Below, in pieces: positions 25,854 to 35,330 of a stretch of 52,168 bases of DNA (positions are counted from its first letter, which is position 1; every line of letters starts with the position of its first letter). Source of the stretch: a virus. Its lineage: Duplodnaviria; Caudoviricetes. The stretch spans positions 1-52,168 of IMG/VR virus record IMGVR_UViG_3300027917_000058. One strand, given 5' to 3'. The translations under genes were made by a program, and so were the position numbers. Under the pieces are notes generated by a model, which worked only from the letters and a program-made list of their open reading frames with translations, did no database searches and was not told the DNA's origin.

Positions 25854-27716
25854 CTATGTGTTAATGGGATCTTCGATCAAAGTAACGATCACATCTAACC
25901 CTGTGCTTCCGACGACCTGGGGGCTGACCAGATGCTTATACTTCGGGTCGTCGGCTGCACTCGACTTCCTGCTCCTGACCTCAACCTCTAAGTCGCCCTG
26001 ATAGTTGAAGGCCGTATTCTGCACAATCCCACTCGCGTTCGTGTCCGAACCCCCGGTCCCACTGATAAGCTCATCCCCCTTCGTCACCGCACCAACTGTC
26101 TCCATCGCGTAGATCCCTGTCTGGGCGTTCTGGACCGGATCCCCGGCTTCGTCATAGACAGTGACCTTCAGCGTCACGGTCGTCTGGAAACTTACCGTCG
26201 AACCCGTATAGGTTTGGGCGTTCGAATTGGTGTTGCCGATGGTGATGGACGAACCGGACGTGTTGTTCACGTCATAGGTGTTCGCCCCGAACGTGAAGTT
26301 CACATAGCCATAGGGGGATCCCGCTGCGCTGGGATGCTCGATCGCCCGGGTATTCGCCAGGAAATTGCAATGGGAGATGTCTATCGATTCGTTCCAGAGC
26401 AGGGCCGCATCGCTGCTTCCCTCATAACCAGCGAAGGTACAGTTCCGCGTTTCTGCCTGTCCGATGTCCACCTGACCGCAACCGGAGAAGGTCACGGTCG
26501 TCATGTAGTGTCCGGTTGCCGCTGGCAGGGACGTAGTTCCCTCAATCCGGAGAAAGAGCGAGCCGAACAGGCCGATCTCGGTAATGGTTTGGTCCCAATC
26601 GAAATAGGCCGCTTGCCCGTGCGCTGGATTGTCTTGGGCGAATACGCTACCACCAAAGCCGACCCGATCCTCGTCGGTTCCAGAAGAATCGCCCACCAAT
26701 ATCCGCGTCACCGCTCCGGTGTCCTGCGCGGAAATCATGGAAAGCTGAGTATGATCCTGGTCCGCGAAGTAGACGACATCGCCCTCACTCAGGAACGCGG
26801 TGCGGTTGGTGCCACTCAAGTCTCCGATCGTGAGCGGGAAGTTGACCTCAAACTCCCCCAGCTTGGACTTCGTTACAACCCCATACAAATACGTTGAGGT
26901 GCCCTGGTCGTAGTCATAGATGTCCTGAAGCGTGATGCACTGATCGATGGTCCTACCGGATGCGCTTGCCTCGTCTGTCAGGGCCTCGTCCACAGTCATC
27001 GTAGTGGTGCCCACCGTGTTGACTGTCAGGATTAGGTCATTGTAGGTGGAACCCCTCACCACAATCCTATCCCCGGAGGAGTAGCCATCGGAAGAGAAAT
27101 CGCCGCTCGCCCGGGTGATGGTCTTCGTGCTGGCTGTGAAAGCGAGATTGACACCCGTGGTAGAAATGGAGCCCGTCACTTCATAGTAGCTCCCGAAACG
27201 GATCGCATCGATCGCCATCAGCGTTGACTTGGAAGATGTCGTCTGGAGGACGAACCCGACACCGATACGTCGGATGGCGGTGAGGCTAGGACTCCCGGAC
27301 CCACGGTCGGCGGTCTGGGAGGCATCCACGCATATGAGAGCCCAGCCACCGCCCACCCACGCCACATCACTGCCACCCACGCGGAAATCCGAATAGGTCC
27401 CGGTCCATGAGGAGGTCGAGTCTGTGATCCTTACATAAACGCCATAGTTGCTGAACGTGTCCACCGCGCCCTTCGAACCGACCCAAACCCAGATCAGGAT
27501 AAGGTTGGCGGTGACATCGATGTTGGAGCCATACTGATAGCCATACCCAGATTCAGCCTGGACGTTGGGGGTGCAGCCAATGGAGTTCGCGTTCTCGATA
27601 TAAATCTCCGAATCGAGGCTCCATTTCCCGGTATTCGAACCCCAAGCACTCCAGCCGGTAGTGGATTCCGCGTCCGCAGCCGTGGTCAAATCATGCGTGA
27701 TGGTAGGTGTGCCCAT
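25854..27716 (-). CDS. Virion structural protein (lectin-like N-terminus, beta-helix-like middle, Ig-like C-terminus)
   Basis: T/S/G-rich ~620 aa; VTLKVTVYDEAGDPVQNA Ig-like motif. Confidence 0.65.
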   Translation of the reverse strand: MGTPTITHDLTTAADAESTTGWSAWGSNTGKWSLDSEIYIENANSIGCTPNVQAESGYGYQYGSNIDVTANLILIWVWVGSKGAVDTFSNYGVYVRITDSTSSWTGTYSDFRVGGSDVAWVGGGWALICVDASQTADRGSGSPSLTAIRRIGVGFVLQTTSSKSTLMAIDAIRFGSYYEVTGSISTTGVNLAFTASTKTITRASGDFSSDGYSSGDRIVVRGSTYNDLILTVNTVGTTTMTVDEALTDEASASGRTIDQCITLQDIYDYDQGTSTYLYGVVTKSKLGEFEVNFPLTIGDLSGTNRTAFLSEGDVVYFADQDHTQLSMISAQDTGAVTRILVGDSSGTDEDRVGFGGSVFAQDNPAHGQAAYFDWDQTITEIGLFGSLFLRIEGTTSLPAATGHYMTTVTFSGCGQVDIGQAETRNCTFAGYEGSSDAALLWNESIDISHCNFLANTRAIEHPSAAGSPYGYVNFTFGANTYDVNNTSGSSITIGNTNSNAQTYTGSTVSFQTTVTLKVTVYDEAGDPVQNAQTGIYAMETVGAVTKGDELISGTGGSDTNASGIVQNTAFNYQGDLEVEVRSRKSSAADDPKYKHLVSPQVVGSTGLDVIVTLIEDPINT

Positions 27717-28132
27717 TAACCGATTCTCCTCCAACGATGCCAGCCGCACACAGCCGGTATCACGAGAGTCGCATACGTCTGGTCAGAGACCATTTCGTTC
27801 GCGAGCTTGACGCGCATCCCAGGATGGGCCTCCCCACCAAACCCGGTTACATCACTGCCGATACAGTAGATCACTTCTTCAAAGCTCGGCGGGGAGACCT
27901 CATCCAATGTTTGGGGTGCCTCGTGGTCCAACCATACCCAAGTGTACCCATCCCAACGCGGATCGCTTATCGCGTCCGTCAGGGTAGGGTAAAAGTGAGC
28001 GTCATAATGGGTTTCCCCCCTCGATGGATCAATCACGATCGGAACGAGTCCGAACATATTCAGTAGCCTATCGATGTAGGCCAGATCACGCCCCATCGCG
28101 TTTGATTCGTGAAAGAAGAGGAGGTGGGGCAT
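27716..28132 (-). CDS. SPOUT (TrmH/TrmL-like) methyltransferase-fold protein, putative
   Basis: WVWLD...TLDE...VIYCIGSD..GF...RVKL resembles the SPOUT knot motif (lvFGsE..Gl...v.IP). Confidence 0.45.
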   Translation of the reverse strand: MPHLLFFHESNAMGRDLAYIDRLLNMFGLVPIVIDPSRGETHYDAHFYPTLTDAISDPRWDGYTWVWLDHEAPQTLDEVSPPSFEEVIYCIGSDVTGFGGEAHPGMRVKLANEMVSDQTYATLVIPAVCGWHRWRRIG

Positions 28133-28839
28133 CAGTACCTCGCTTTGTGGAACTCGTCGTCGAACTGGTTCGCGAGCAACATCCAACCCGCGCCCTTCAG
28201 TAGCTCCCAGCCGATCCCCTTCCAACTGAGTTCCGGCAACCAACTGAAATGTCTTCCCGGGGGAGCATTGCAAACGTCCGGGTCCTGTGTCACACTCTCT
28301 GGGATCAGCGAGAATGGATCTTCCGCCGTGAGTAGCAAACTGGCAGAACGCACCCCGGGCTCATTGCCACAGGTGATCCTTGCCTCCACGGGCACGGGCC
28401 GCATCAGGTTCACACGCACATCGAAGACGCCACGCCAAGACGGATAGAAGATTTGGGCATCGCCATCGAAGGCGAATGGCCCATCAGCCCCGGCGAACTC
28501 GTAGGCTTTCGTCGTATCGTTTATCTCTGCCGGGACGTTGACCGTATCGATCATACGGATCGTGTCCACCCGGAGCTTCGCCCTCGCAAGGGCAACGGTG
28601 GTCTGATCCAGTTCTCGGTCAATCGCATCGCGTTCCGTCTCCGTCTGAATGATCCGAAGCTGGTAGGCATGGATCGAGTCGTTGAGCGAAGCGAGTTGGA
28701 GCAATCGCGCCGTATCCTGAGCCGCAGCCAGGGAATCGGCAGTGAACGCCTGTTCGCGGTATACCCTCGCCCGGGTAACGGCATAACCGAAACCGCTGGC
28801 GAGAGCCAAGAACAGAATGATGATAATCACCTTCTTCAT
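28132..28839 (-). CDS. Putative spanin (Rz-like)
   Basis: N-terminal TM helix then coiled coil; last gene of the lysis cassette. Confidence 0.5.
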   Translation of the reverse strand: MKKVIIIILFLALASGFGYAVTRARVYREQAFTADSLAAAQDTARLLQLASLNDSIHAYQLRIIQTETERDAIDRELDQTTVALARAKLRVDTIRMIDTVNVPAEINDTTKAYEFAGADGPFAFDGDAQIFYPSWRGVFDVRVNLMRPVPVEARITCGNEPGVRSASLLLTAEDPFSLIPESVTQDPDVCNAPPGRHFSWLPELSWKGIGWELLKGAGWMLLANQFDDEFHKARY

Positions 28840-29021
28840 GGTTGTCCCCTCAAGGCTCTGATGAGTCGTTCGCCAATCTCCCCAATGATCTCGATCTGGG
28901 TATAGCCTCTGACCACGAGAACGACGACGACGACGAAGATCAGGAAGTACCAGAACATCCTGTTGCCGAAGAGGGTGATGAAGACATCACTCAGATCGGT
29001 CGTCCCGGAGTCGTCACCCAC
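28836..29021 (-). CDS. Small single-TM protein in lysis cassette
   Basis: FWYFLIFVVVVVLVV hydrophobic helix. Confidence 0.5.
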   Translation of the reverse strand: MGDDSGTTDLSDVFITLFGNRMFWYFLIFVVVVVLVVRGYTQIEIIGEIGERLIRALRGQP

Positions 29022-29349
29022 TGGTTCCTCCAGAGCGTTCCTTATGGAACTGGTGGAGCAACATGGCCCAACCGGCAGTCACGAACGAACTGATCGTGGT
29101 CTGGTCCCACAAGCCAATGTCGGATGGAATCGCCGCATCCACGTACTGGCCTACGAAGCTGACGGCAACAGCGAGGACCGCCACAACGCCACGGTGGAGC
29201 CACGGATTCATCCCCTCAATCCATGTCCGCGCCTTTTTCACCTTCTGCCAGACGAACGCCACGACGAACGCACTCAGGAAAGGACCGATCGCTTCAGTGT
29301 TCCCACTGAGGATCATGTCCATGAGTTGTGACCAGAAATCCGCTTCCAT
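29014..29349 (-). CDS. Putative holin
   Basis: 111 aa with 2-3 TM segments, directly after the endolysin candidate. Confidence 0.6.
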   Translation of the reverse strand: MEADFWSQLMDMILSGNTEAIGPFLSAFVVAFVWQKVKKARTWIEGMNPWLHRGVVAVLAVAVSFVGQYVDAAIPSDIGLWDQTTISSFVTAGWAMLLHQFHKERSGGTSG

Positions 29350-29358
29350 TGGTTCCTC

Positions 29359-29835
29359 CTATGCCCAGGGCTGTATTTCGGTGACGTGCAGGACGACACG
29401 TTCACCAGCGATCAGTGCGGGGACTATCTCCTCATAGATCATCCAGTACCCATCCGTTGACCGTCCGACGTGGAACTCACCGTCAGGATATATCAAGGGG
29501 ACCATCCCGGGAAGGATGCAGCCCCGGGTATCGTCATCCGTATTTCCGATGTGGATGTAGACGTACTCGAAATCCGGGACGTTCTGGAGCCAGATCATCC
29601 CCTTGTGCCGGTCCCCGAAGCGATCTTGGTACCGACCGTGCATCCCGCCTTCCGTCCTGAGCTTCAATTCGTAAGAGCCGGTGGGGATGCACGTCTCGCC
29701 CGGGACTTTCGTATGCCTCCGCTCATCCTCCAGCGAGAAGCACATCTGCTCGTCCCGGTCATCCACCAACCTGTTGAAGAATGATAGCGTGGTGTTCCGG
29801 CCCAGCCCGTACCTTACGACTCGGTAGTTCCTCAA
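29359..29835 (-). CDS. DUF5675-family protein, putative endolysin
   Basis: CFSLED...KVPGETCIPTGSY...L.NVPDF....IHIGNT..DT.GCILPG is characteristic of DUF5675. Confidence 0.8.
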   Translation of the reverse strand: MRNYRVVRYGLGRNTTLSFFNRLVDDRDEQMCFSLEDERRHTKVPGETCIPTGSYELKLRTEGGMHGRYQDRFGDRHKGMIWLQNVPDFEYVYIHIGNTDDDTRGCILPGMVPLIYPDGEFHVGRSTDGYWMIYEEIVPALIAGERVVLHVTEIQPWA

Positions 29836-30083
29836 CCGTCACCCCCCCTCATGGATTCCCGAATGTGTTCGTCCAGCTTCCTCTCGACACCGCTGATGTC
29901 CTGTTGCTGGGCATTGAACTCCCGGCGTACCTCCGCACGGAAAAGGGTGACATTCGTATCGAGCGACCGGACGGCGGCATAGGTGCCGACGCTACCAATC
30001 ACCCCCGCGACAAGCAAGGTGCCGATGATCCCAAGAACCCACCAGAGGAACTTCACACCGTTTGAGGCTGTTTGTTCGGCCAT
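29832..30083 (-). CDS. Membrane protein with coiled coil (holin/antiholin-like)
   Basis: FLWWVLGIIGTLLVAGVIG TM plus C-terminal VERKLDEH. Confidence 0.55.
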   Translation of the reverse strand: MAEQTASNGVKFLWWVLGIIGTLLVAGVIGSVGTYAAVRSLDTNVTLFRAEVRREFNAQQQDISGVERKLDEHIRESMRGGDG

Positions 30084-30087
30084 TGCC

Positions 30088-32652
30088 TTAACTGCTCTCC
30101 ATCGTGAAAGGAGGAGTGACCCGTACCGTGCCTTCCTCCGACGAAGCCCCAATGGGAGTAATGCGAAACTCGACCCTCTTCGTGAGATCAGCATCGTCGC
30201 TAGTCCTTTGGGCGTAGGTATAAATCTGCGAGTTGCCCGTCAGGCCCGTCCATTCCCGTACTGACTCTCCGTCCAGCAAAACCTCGATCTTCAGTGTCCC
30301 AATCAGCGTATAATTCTGACTGTTCTCTTGAACAACGAGGTACCCGGGCTCCGTGTTCGAACGATGTGCCCAGGTCAGCGTAACATCGCCGGTAGTCGAA
30401 GAGGGCCATTCATCGTATCCGTAGCCATCGAGCCTCACATCCCCTGGGGGGGCGGGGGCGTAAGCTCTTTCACCTACGACATGGAACACAGGCGTAACCT
30501 GTTCCGGTGGGAGGGCTGCGCCCTCCGCGTCTACGATGACCGGCCACACATAGACGGAGTCGCCTTCGTCAAGATCGTCGGGAGCGGTGAGATCCTTGGC
30601 TGATTCTCCCCCTGCTGCGTTGTAGTAGAAAAACACCGGAGCCCCGGGAAGGTGATTGGCTGGGACCGTATCCGCCACGGCTCGCATGACGCCGCCGATG
30701 CGGTACTGGCCCGCGCCCAGATCGATGATCGTCGTCCAGGCAAAAATCTCATCATCGATCATCAACATCCGTTCGCCGTCGAGCATCCCCGGATGATCGG
30801 TATCGGTCAGTGAATCGAGATCCCCTGCGTCATGGACAGTGAACTCGATGTTCTGGCCCCAGGGATCGCCCTTCGTCATTTCCTCATCAAGGGTGCCGGT
30901 CGGCACGAAATCTACGGGTTCACTTAGTTGGGTCCTGGCAACCGCCTGGATGGAAACCCACGCCTCCCAATAGGCATCATCTTCTTTTGCCTTGGACTGA
31001 CAGACCCACACCCGCCTCGCTTGGCTGACGTGCCAATAGGGCACCTCAAACATCTTGGTCAGCCCTTCCGAATAGTAGACCCGTGGCTCATCACTGGAGT
31101 CATAACCAGGAAGGATCAGCGGGAGGGGTCCACACGGCTCCAGATCCTCCAAATCATCGGGGGACGCATAGACCAATCCAGAGAGATCCCATACGTCCTG
31201 AACCGCGTTGATCTCCATCTCCCCGGCGACCAAGCTCCCGTAGTTCACACTCACCACGCGGCAGACCATATCGGTGATGCCGTACTCGGTGGATGAGAGC
31301 TTGAATGGCTTTCCGGGATGGAAAGCATAAGCGATCCGATTGGTCCGCAGACGGAATCGGTTCAGGGGAACCGAAGTGGTCCGGTTGATCCGTTCAGCCG
31401 CAGCCTGGGCGAGTTCATGGGTGGAAAGCCCCTTCAACTCGTAGGTATTCGAAATCACCTCGCCATCCATCGCCTGGATCGCAGCAAGGTTCTGAGCCTG
31501 GGCGACACCATCACTGAACCGGCGAGCAATGTCCGTGTACTTGACCTGGGATTCGTTGACCGACTCTCCCCATGACCCCCGCGTGAACTGTTCGATGACA
31601 CTGTTCGTCTCGTCCAAGTCCACCAGATTGCCTACCGTGTAATCGTTGCGAATCAGCTTGAGGGTGATGAGGCCTGTCAGCGGGTCCTGATACATTACCC
31701 CATCGATATGGCGAAGGATGTCTGAGATCGTCTGCCACGCCTCACCCTTCGCCATCATGGTCCCGTTGAACCCCAACCCCTCGTCATAAAGGGTTTGACC
31801 GACCTCCACGAACGCTGCCTTATTGATGGTTCCCGGAGGCTTGCCCAATCCCCACACATCGTCCGTCAGGATCTCGTAAAGCACCTCCGCTGCATTGGCC
31901 GTCTCGTTGGAGTCATCATCGGTGATCGTGGCATAATCCGGTTGGCCCAGCACGTCAGGGATTCTCTTGATGGCAAACCGCCAAGGCTGGACCGATGGGC
32001 TTTTGCCTAGATTCATCCTGCGGAGGACCACGTAGCAGATTTCACGGTAGTTCGGGACGATGTCCACGCCCCACCATGTCGCGAGATAGTCATTCGGCGG
32101 CTGGACGGTCGAGCCCCAACAAATGTCCATCTCACCGACGATTCCGCCTCCCTCTTCCTTGCCTCCAAACAGTTTCGGAAGGTTGATGCCTACCCGGGTC
32201 GGGTAGCCACTCTCTGGGTAGTATTCTGGCAGGGTTGGATTAGAGGGAGACGGATAACCGCCCGCTGGAGGGGCCGCGCCGGTACCGATGTATTTTGCAG
32301 TCCTGACAACACGTTTCTCTCCGATATGGATGTCTAAGACCGCATCTATGGGACCGTGGCAGATCACGAACATGATTCCTGCATAGTACTCGTAACCCAG
32401 CGGGACCTCGTCCTTGATGAGTCCCGCCATCGTGGACACGGTCTTCTTCACCTTCTTCGCCTGAACATCCCCGAACCATGTGACTGCCGGTGAAATGAGG
32501 ACCGTGCCAAAGGCTACGGGGATAGGCTCACCCTCCCGGGGCTCGGGTGGCCGAAAGTCACCGGGGCTCGTTTTGACCTTCGGTTTCGGCATCAGCAAAA
32601 CCGAAATGATCGCGAACGCTACATAGATCGCCAGGAGTGAAAGGAATCCCAT
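30088..32652 (-). CDS. Tail tip / host-specificity (gpJ-like, Phage-tail_3) protein
   Basis: EGEPIPVAFGT, CHGPID, LFGG...GG..G, ANAAEVLYEILTD..WGLG, ILRHIDG, LKLIRNDY. Confidence 0.88.
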   Translation of the reverse strand: MGFLSLLAIYVAFAIISVLLMPKPKVKTSPGDFRPPEPREGEPIPVAFGTVLISPAVTWFGDVQAKKVKKTVSTMAGLIKDEVPLGYEYYAGIMFVICHGPIDAVLDIHIGEKRVVRTAKYIGTGAAPPAGGYPSPSNPTLPEYYPESGYPTRVGINLPKLFGGKEEGGGIVGEMDICWGSTVQPPNDYLATWWGVDIVPNYREICYVVLRRMNLGKSPSVQPWRFAIKRIPDVLGQPDYATITDDDSNETANAAEVLYEILTDDVWGLGKPPGTINKAAFVEVGQTLYDEGLGFNGTMMAKGEAWQTISDILRHIDGVMYQDPLTGLITLKLIRNDYTVGNLVDLDETNSVIEQFTRGSWGESVNESQVKYTDIARRFSDGVAQAQNLAAIQAMDGEVISNTYELKGLSTHELAQAAAERINRTTSVPLNRFRLRTNRIAYAFHPGKPFKLSSTEYGITDMVCRVVSVNYGSLVAGEMEINAVQDVWDLSGLVYASPDDLEDLEPCGPLPLILPGYDSSDEPRVYYSEGLTKMFEVPYWHVSQARRVWVCQSKAKEDDAYWEAWVSIQAVARTQLSEPVDFVPTGTLDEEMTKGDPWGQNIEFTVHDAGDLDSLTDTDHPGMLDGERMLMIDDEIFAWTTIIDLGAGQYRIGGVMRAVADTVPANHLPGAPVFFYYNAAGGESAKDLTAPDDLDEGDSVYVWPVIVDAEGAALPPEQVTPVFHVVGERAYAPAPPGDVRLDGYGYDEWPSSTTGDVTLTWAHRSNTEPGYLVVQENSQNYTLIGTLKIEVLLDGESVREWTGLTGNSQIYTYAQRTSDDADLTKRVEFRITPIGASSEEGTVRVTPPFTMESS

Positions 32653-33470
32653 CAGCTACCTTCCAAGTCCAAGATGGGGTTTCTCTCTGGATGGAGCGGG
32701 AATCCACCAAAGTTCTGGATGTTATCGAACTTGTCACGACAGGTCGTGTGCTTCCGATCACATCCAGCATAGGCAGAGACGGCATCGCTCACCGACCAAT
32801 TCACTGGCGGCTGAAGCAAAACGAAATAGTAGAGTCCGGCACTCTCCCAATAGTCCTGCACGAACGCACGCTGGCCCGTGTCAGTGTTCATCAGAATCCC
32901 GGCATTGTAGTAGTCGTTCCCATGCGGGGATCCCGTCAGGCTCGCCACCTTGACCAGCGTGTCGATGATTTCATTGACCGTCCCCGTCGAGACGTAGTCC
33001 GTTGGGTGCAGACGGCACCTGGGGCCATAAAGGACGTGAGGACACGTTCTCATAATGATGTGGCGCGGGATGGACTTCTCGTCCGCGCTGAGTGGGCTGA
33101 CGCACGCCAACGCCACTTCTTCGCCAACGAGTTCCGCGTTCGCGACGACCCCACGGAACAGAACGATATAATCCGCATCCGTCCGATGCTTTCGGTAGAT
33201 CGTGATGTTGACCGGCTCCGGGGTCGAGCCATCGAGAAACTGTGACGCAACCTTCAGTGTCCGATCGATCCGCACATGAACGGTGCTGGACCCAGCTTCG
33301 TCGTTCCGTTCGAACGCGCCCCGGGAGATCGTGACCGGCTGGAAGGTCTTCGATTGAAACTGCTGGGCCGCGTCCGCTGAAGTGTAGAGCCAGCAGGATA
33401 CGCCCCTGGTGAACGCAAACAGTTCGATCGGCGTCCCCAGCGCACCCGTCTCAATGGCTTGGTACGTCAT
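32652..33470 (-). CDS. DUF2163/BR0599-family tail hub protein (gpL-like, C-terminal Cys cluster)
   Basis: CPHVLYGPRC and AGCDRKHTTCRDKFDNIQNFGGFP. Confidence 0.9.
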   Translation of the reverse strand: MTYQAIETGALGTPIELFAFTRGVSCWLYTSADAAQQFQSKTFQPVTISRGAFERNDEAGSSTVHVRIDRTLKVASQFLDGSTPEPVNITIYRKHRTDADYIVLFRGVVANAELVGEEVALACVSPLSADEKSIPRHIIMRTCPHVLYGPRCRLHPTDYVSTGTVNEIIDTLVKVASLTGSPHGNDYYNAGILMNTDTGQRAFVQDYWESAGLYYFVLLQPPVNWSVSDAVSAYAGCDRKHTTCRDKFDNIQNFGGFPLHPERNPILDLEGS

Positions 33471-34153
33471 GGGGCCGGTGCCTCCCGTGGAACCTCGACA
33501 AATCCAATCTGGACCTCCGCGAGATCCTTCGTGATGTAGACGACCTTCACCTCGTCCCGCATCAGGCGAGCCAGGACAAGGAACGAGATGATGGTGTGTT
33601 CCTTCGTCAACGTGGTGCCCAGGGAGGACCCCAGCGTCAAGGTTTCCGTGGTACCGTTATCGGAAGCTCCTGTCACGCCCTTGGGGTAGATCGTTCCGTC
33701 ATAGGCAATGATCGCCAAATGCTTCCTGGCGTTGTGGGGATAGAGGTTGTCTTCGTACCCGATCGATTCGATGGTGATCGATGACCCACTCAGGTCCGCA
33801 GTCGGCTTCAGGTCCATGTTCCATGTCGGCACCCAAACCGGAACCTGCCTACCCTTCATCGCCCGCAGCCAAGACCGGAACTCTTTGATCTCGTCGCGCC
33901 CCTCAAGCGTGAACATCACGTCCATCGAACCGATCGGCCCAGCCGTGTGCGAGCGGACGAGCGGGAGCCCCGTGACGTTCTCAAGAATCGTCATGTTTCG
34001 GCTCAGACGTTCCGTGGGCTCATCAGCCCAATTCGGCTTCACTTCGAAGAGGTTGTAACCCTCATAGGGTTCGTAATGCCTCTCCTCGATTAAGGGGTCC
34101 CCGTCTTCGGTGACGAGTTGATCCCCGGCCTCAGTCGTCAGGTAGATTGCCAC
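33467..34153 (-). CDS. Distal tail protein-like
   Basis: PNW...ERL, FRSWLRAMKGRQVPVWVPTW, ISFLVLARL; position before the hub gene. Confidence 0.7.
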   Translation of the reverse strand: MAIYLTTEAGDQLVTEDGDPLIEERHYEPYEGYNLFEVKPNWADEPTERLSRNMTILENVTGLPLVRSHTAGPIGSMDVMFTLEGRDEIKEFRSWLRAMKGRQVPVWVPTWNMDLKPTADLSGSSITIESIGYEDNLYPHNARKHLAIIAYDGTIYPKGVTGASDNGTTETLTLGSSLGTTLTKEHTIISFLVLARLMRDEVKVVYITKDLAEVQIGFVEVPREAPAP

Positions 34154-34349
34154 GCTTCATCTCATCCAATCGGATCAACATTGCTGTCTGATCCTCGATG
34201 CTCATCACATGACCGGACACCAACGACTGCATCAGTCGCATTACTTCAGGTGACGGTCCCCTCAACAGGCCAGATACGTCGGTCGTTACCGGCACCTCCC
34301 CGATCATGTCTATGATCCGTTGCTTCTGCGCTTCAGAATCGAAAATCAC
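34131..34349 (-). CDS. Hypothetical protein (possible fibre chaperone)
   Basis: Small ORF after the fibre gene; GGAG RBS. Confidence 0.45.
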   Translation of the reverse strand: MIFDSEAQKQRIIDMIGEVPVTTDVSGLLRGPSPEVMRLMQSLVSGHVMSIEDQTAMLIRLDEMKRGNLPDD

Positions 34350-34361
34350 CGTGTCTCCCAG

Positions 34362-35330
34362 CTAGGCTGAAATGATGCCCTTGGTCTTGAGGTCTACGAT
34401 GAGCGTGCCCAGGATGTCGGCAAGCTCATCCACGGAACTGGAATCGGCATCGCACGTCCGGTCGGTCGAAAGATTCGTGAAAGTGGTATATCCGGTCTGG
34501 GGAGCGGAGGGGGTGGCACCACAGAACCCGTAGTTCGTGCCGTCATGGTTCAGGTCGCCATCCACTTCAAGCTCGCCGCCAAAGAGAACCTTGGCTGTCC
34601 CCTCCGTCTTGATGGCGTAGTTCGTACCGCCCTGGGTTTGGGCCTCAATCAGAAGCCCAATCAGTTCGGTGATCGTGGAGCCAGACCCCTTCGACGCATC
34701 CTGTACGACGACCCCAGCCGCTTCCGCACAGGTGAACGATGCGACCGCCGTGGCGATCTGCGCCCGAATGGCGTACCCAGCAACGGTAGCAGCGGAGGAG
34801 ACAACTGGAGCGAGATCCGCGCCGATCTGGCTTGTGCCCGTCAGGGCTGTGGGTGCAACATAAACCCCCTTCGATGCAGACGGCGCGGCCCCGATGCCCA
34901 GCAACGTACTCCTGAGTGATCCGCCGAATACCGCAGCCATGTCGGCCCGGGTGATTTTCAGCGCATCACCGATCTCCACACCAGAATCATCCACTGCGAC
35001 CAATTCGAAATCTGAGCCCGCATCAGAGCCGCCTTCCGCCGTGGCCTCGGCACGCATAAACCACCGATCTACCCCTGCCGTCTGGAAGCCGATCGAGCGG
35101 AGGTACCCTGCCACCGTGTTCAGGTCCAGTGAGACCGCCGCAGCCTTGGCATCGCCCCCCATCTCCACATCGTCAGTGAAGGCTCCGGTCGAAAACGCAC
35201 CAGCGATCCCACCAGCGAGAAGCTGGGTCAAGGTCATCCGTTTCGAGGTTCCGCTTTGGTTGACCGCGAACTGGTCAGTTCCAGCCGGGGTCGTTACTGC
35301 CGGAAGCTCACTGAATTTCTTGTCAGCCAT
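34362..35330 (-). CDS. Tail fibre / spike protein
   Basis: MADKKFSELP N-terminus, GSDAGSDF repeat-type motif, C-terminal LIVDLKTKGII. Confidence 0.7.
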   Translation of the reverse strand: MADKKFSELPAVTTPAGTDQFAVNQSGTSKRMTLTQLLAGGIAGAFSTGAFTDDVEMGGDAKAAAVSLDLNTVAGYLRSIGFQTAGVDRWFMRAEATAEGGSDAGSDFELVAVDDSGVEIGDALKITRADMAAVFGGSLRSTLLGIGAAPSASKGVYVAPTALTGTSQIGADLAPVVSSAATVAGYAIRAQIATAVASFTCAEAAGVVVQDASKGSGSTITELIGLLIEAQTQGGTNYAIKTEGTAKVLFGGELEVDGDLNHDGTNYGFCGATPSAPQTGYTTFTNLSTDRTCDADSSSVDELADILGTLIVDLKTKGIISA

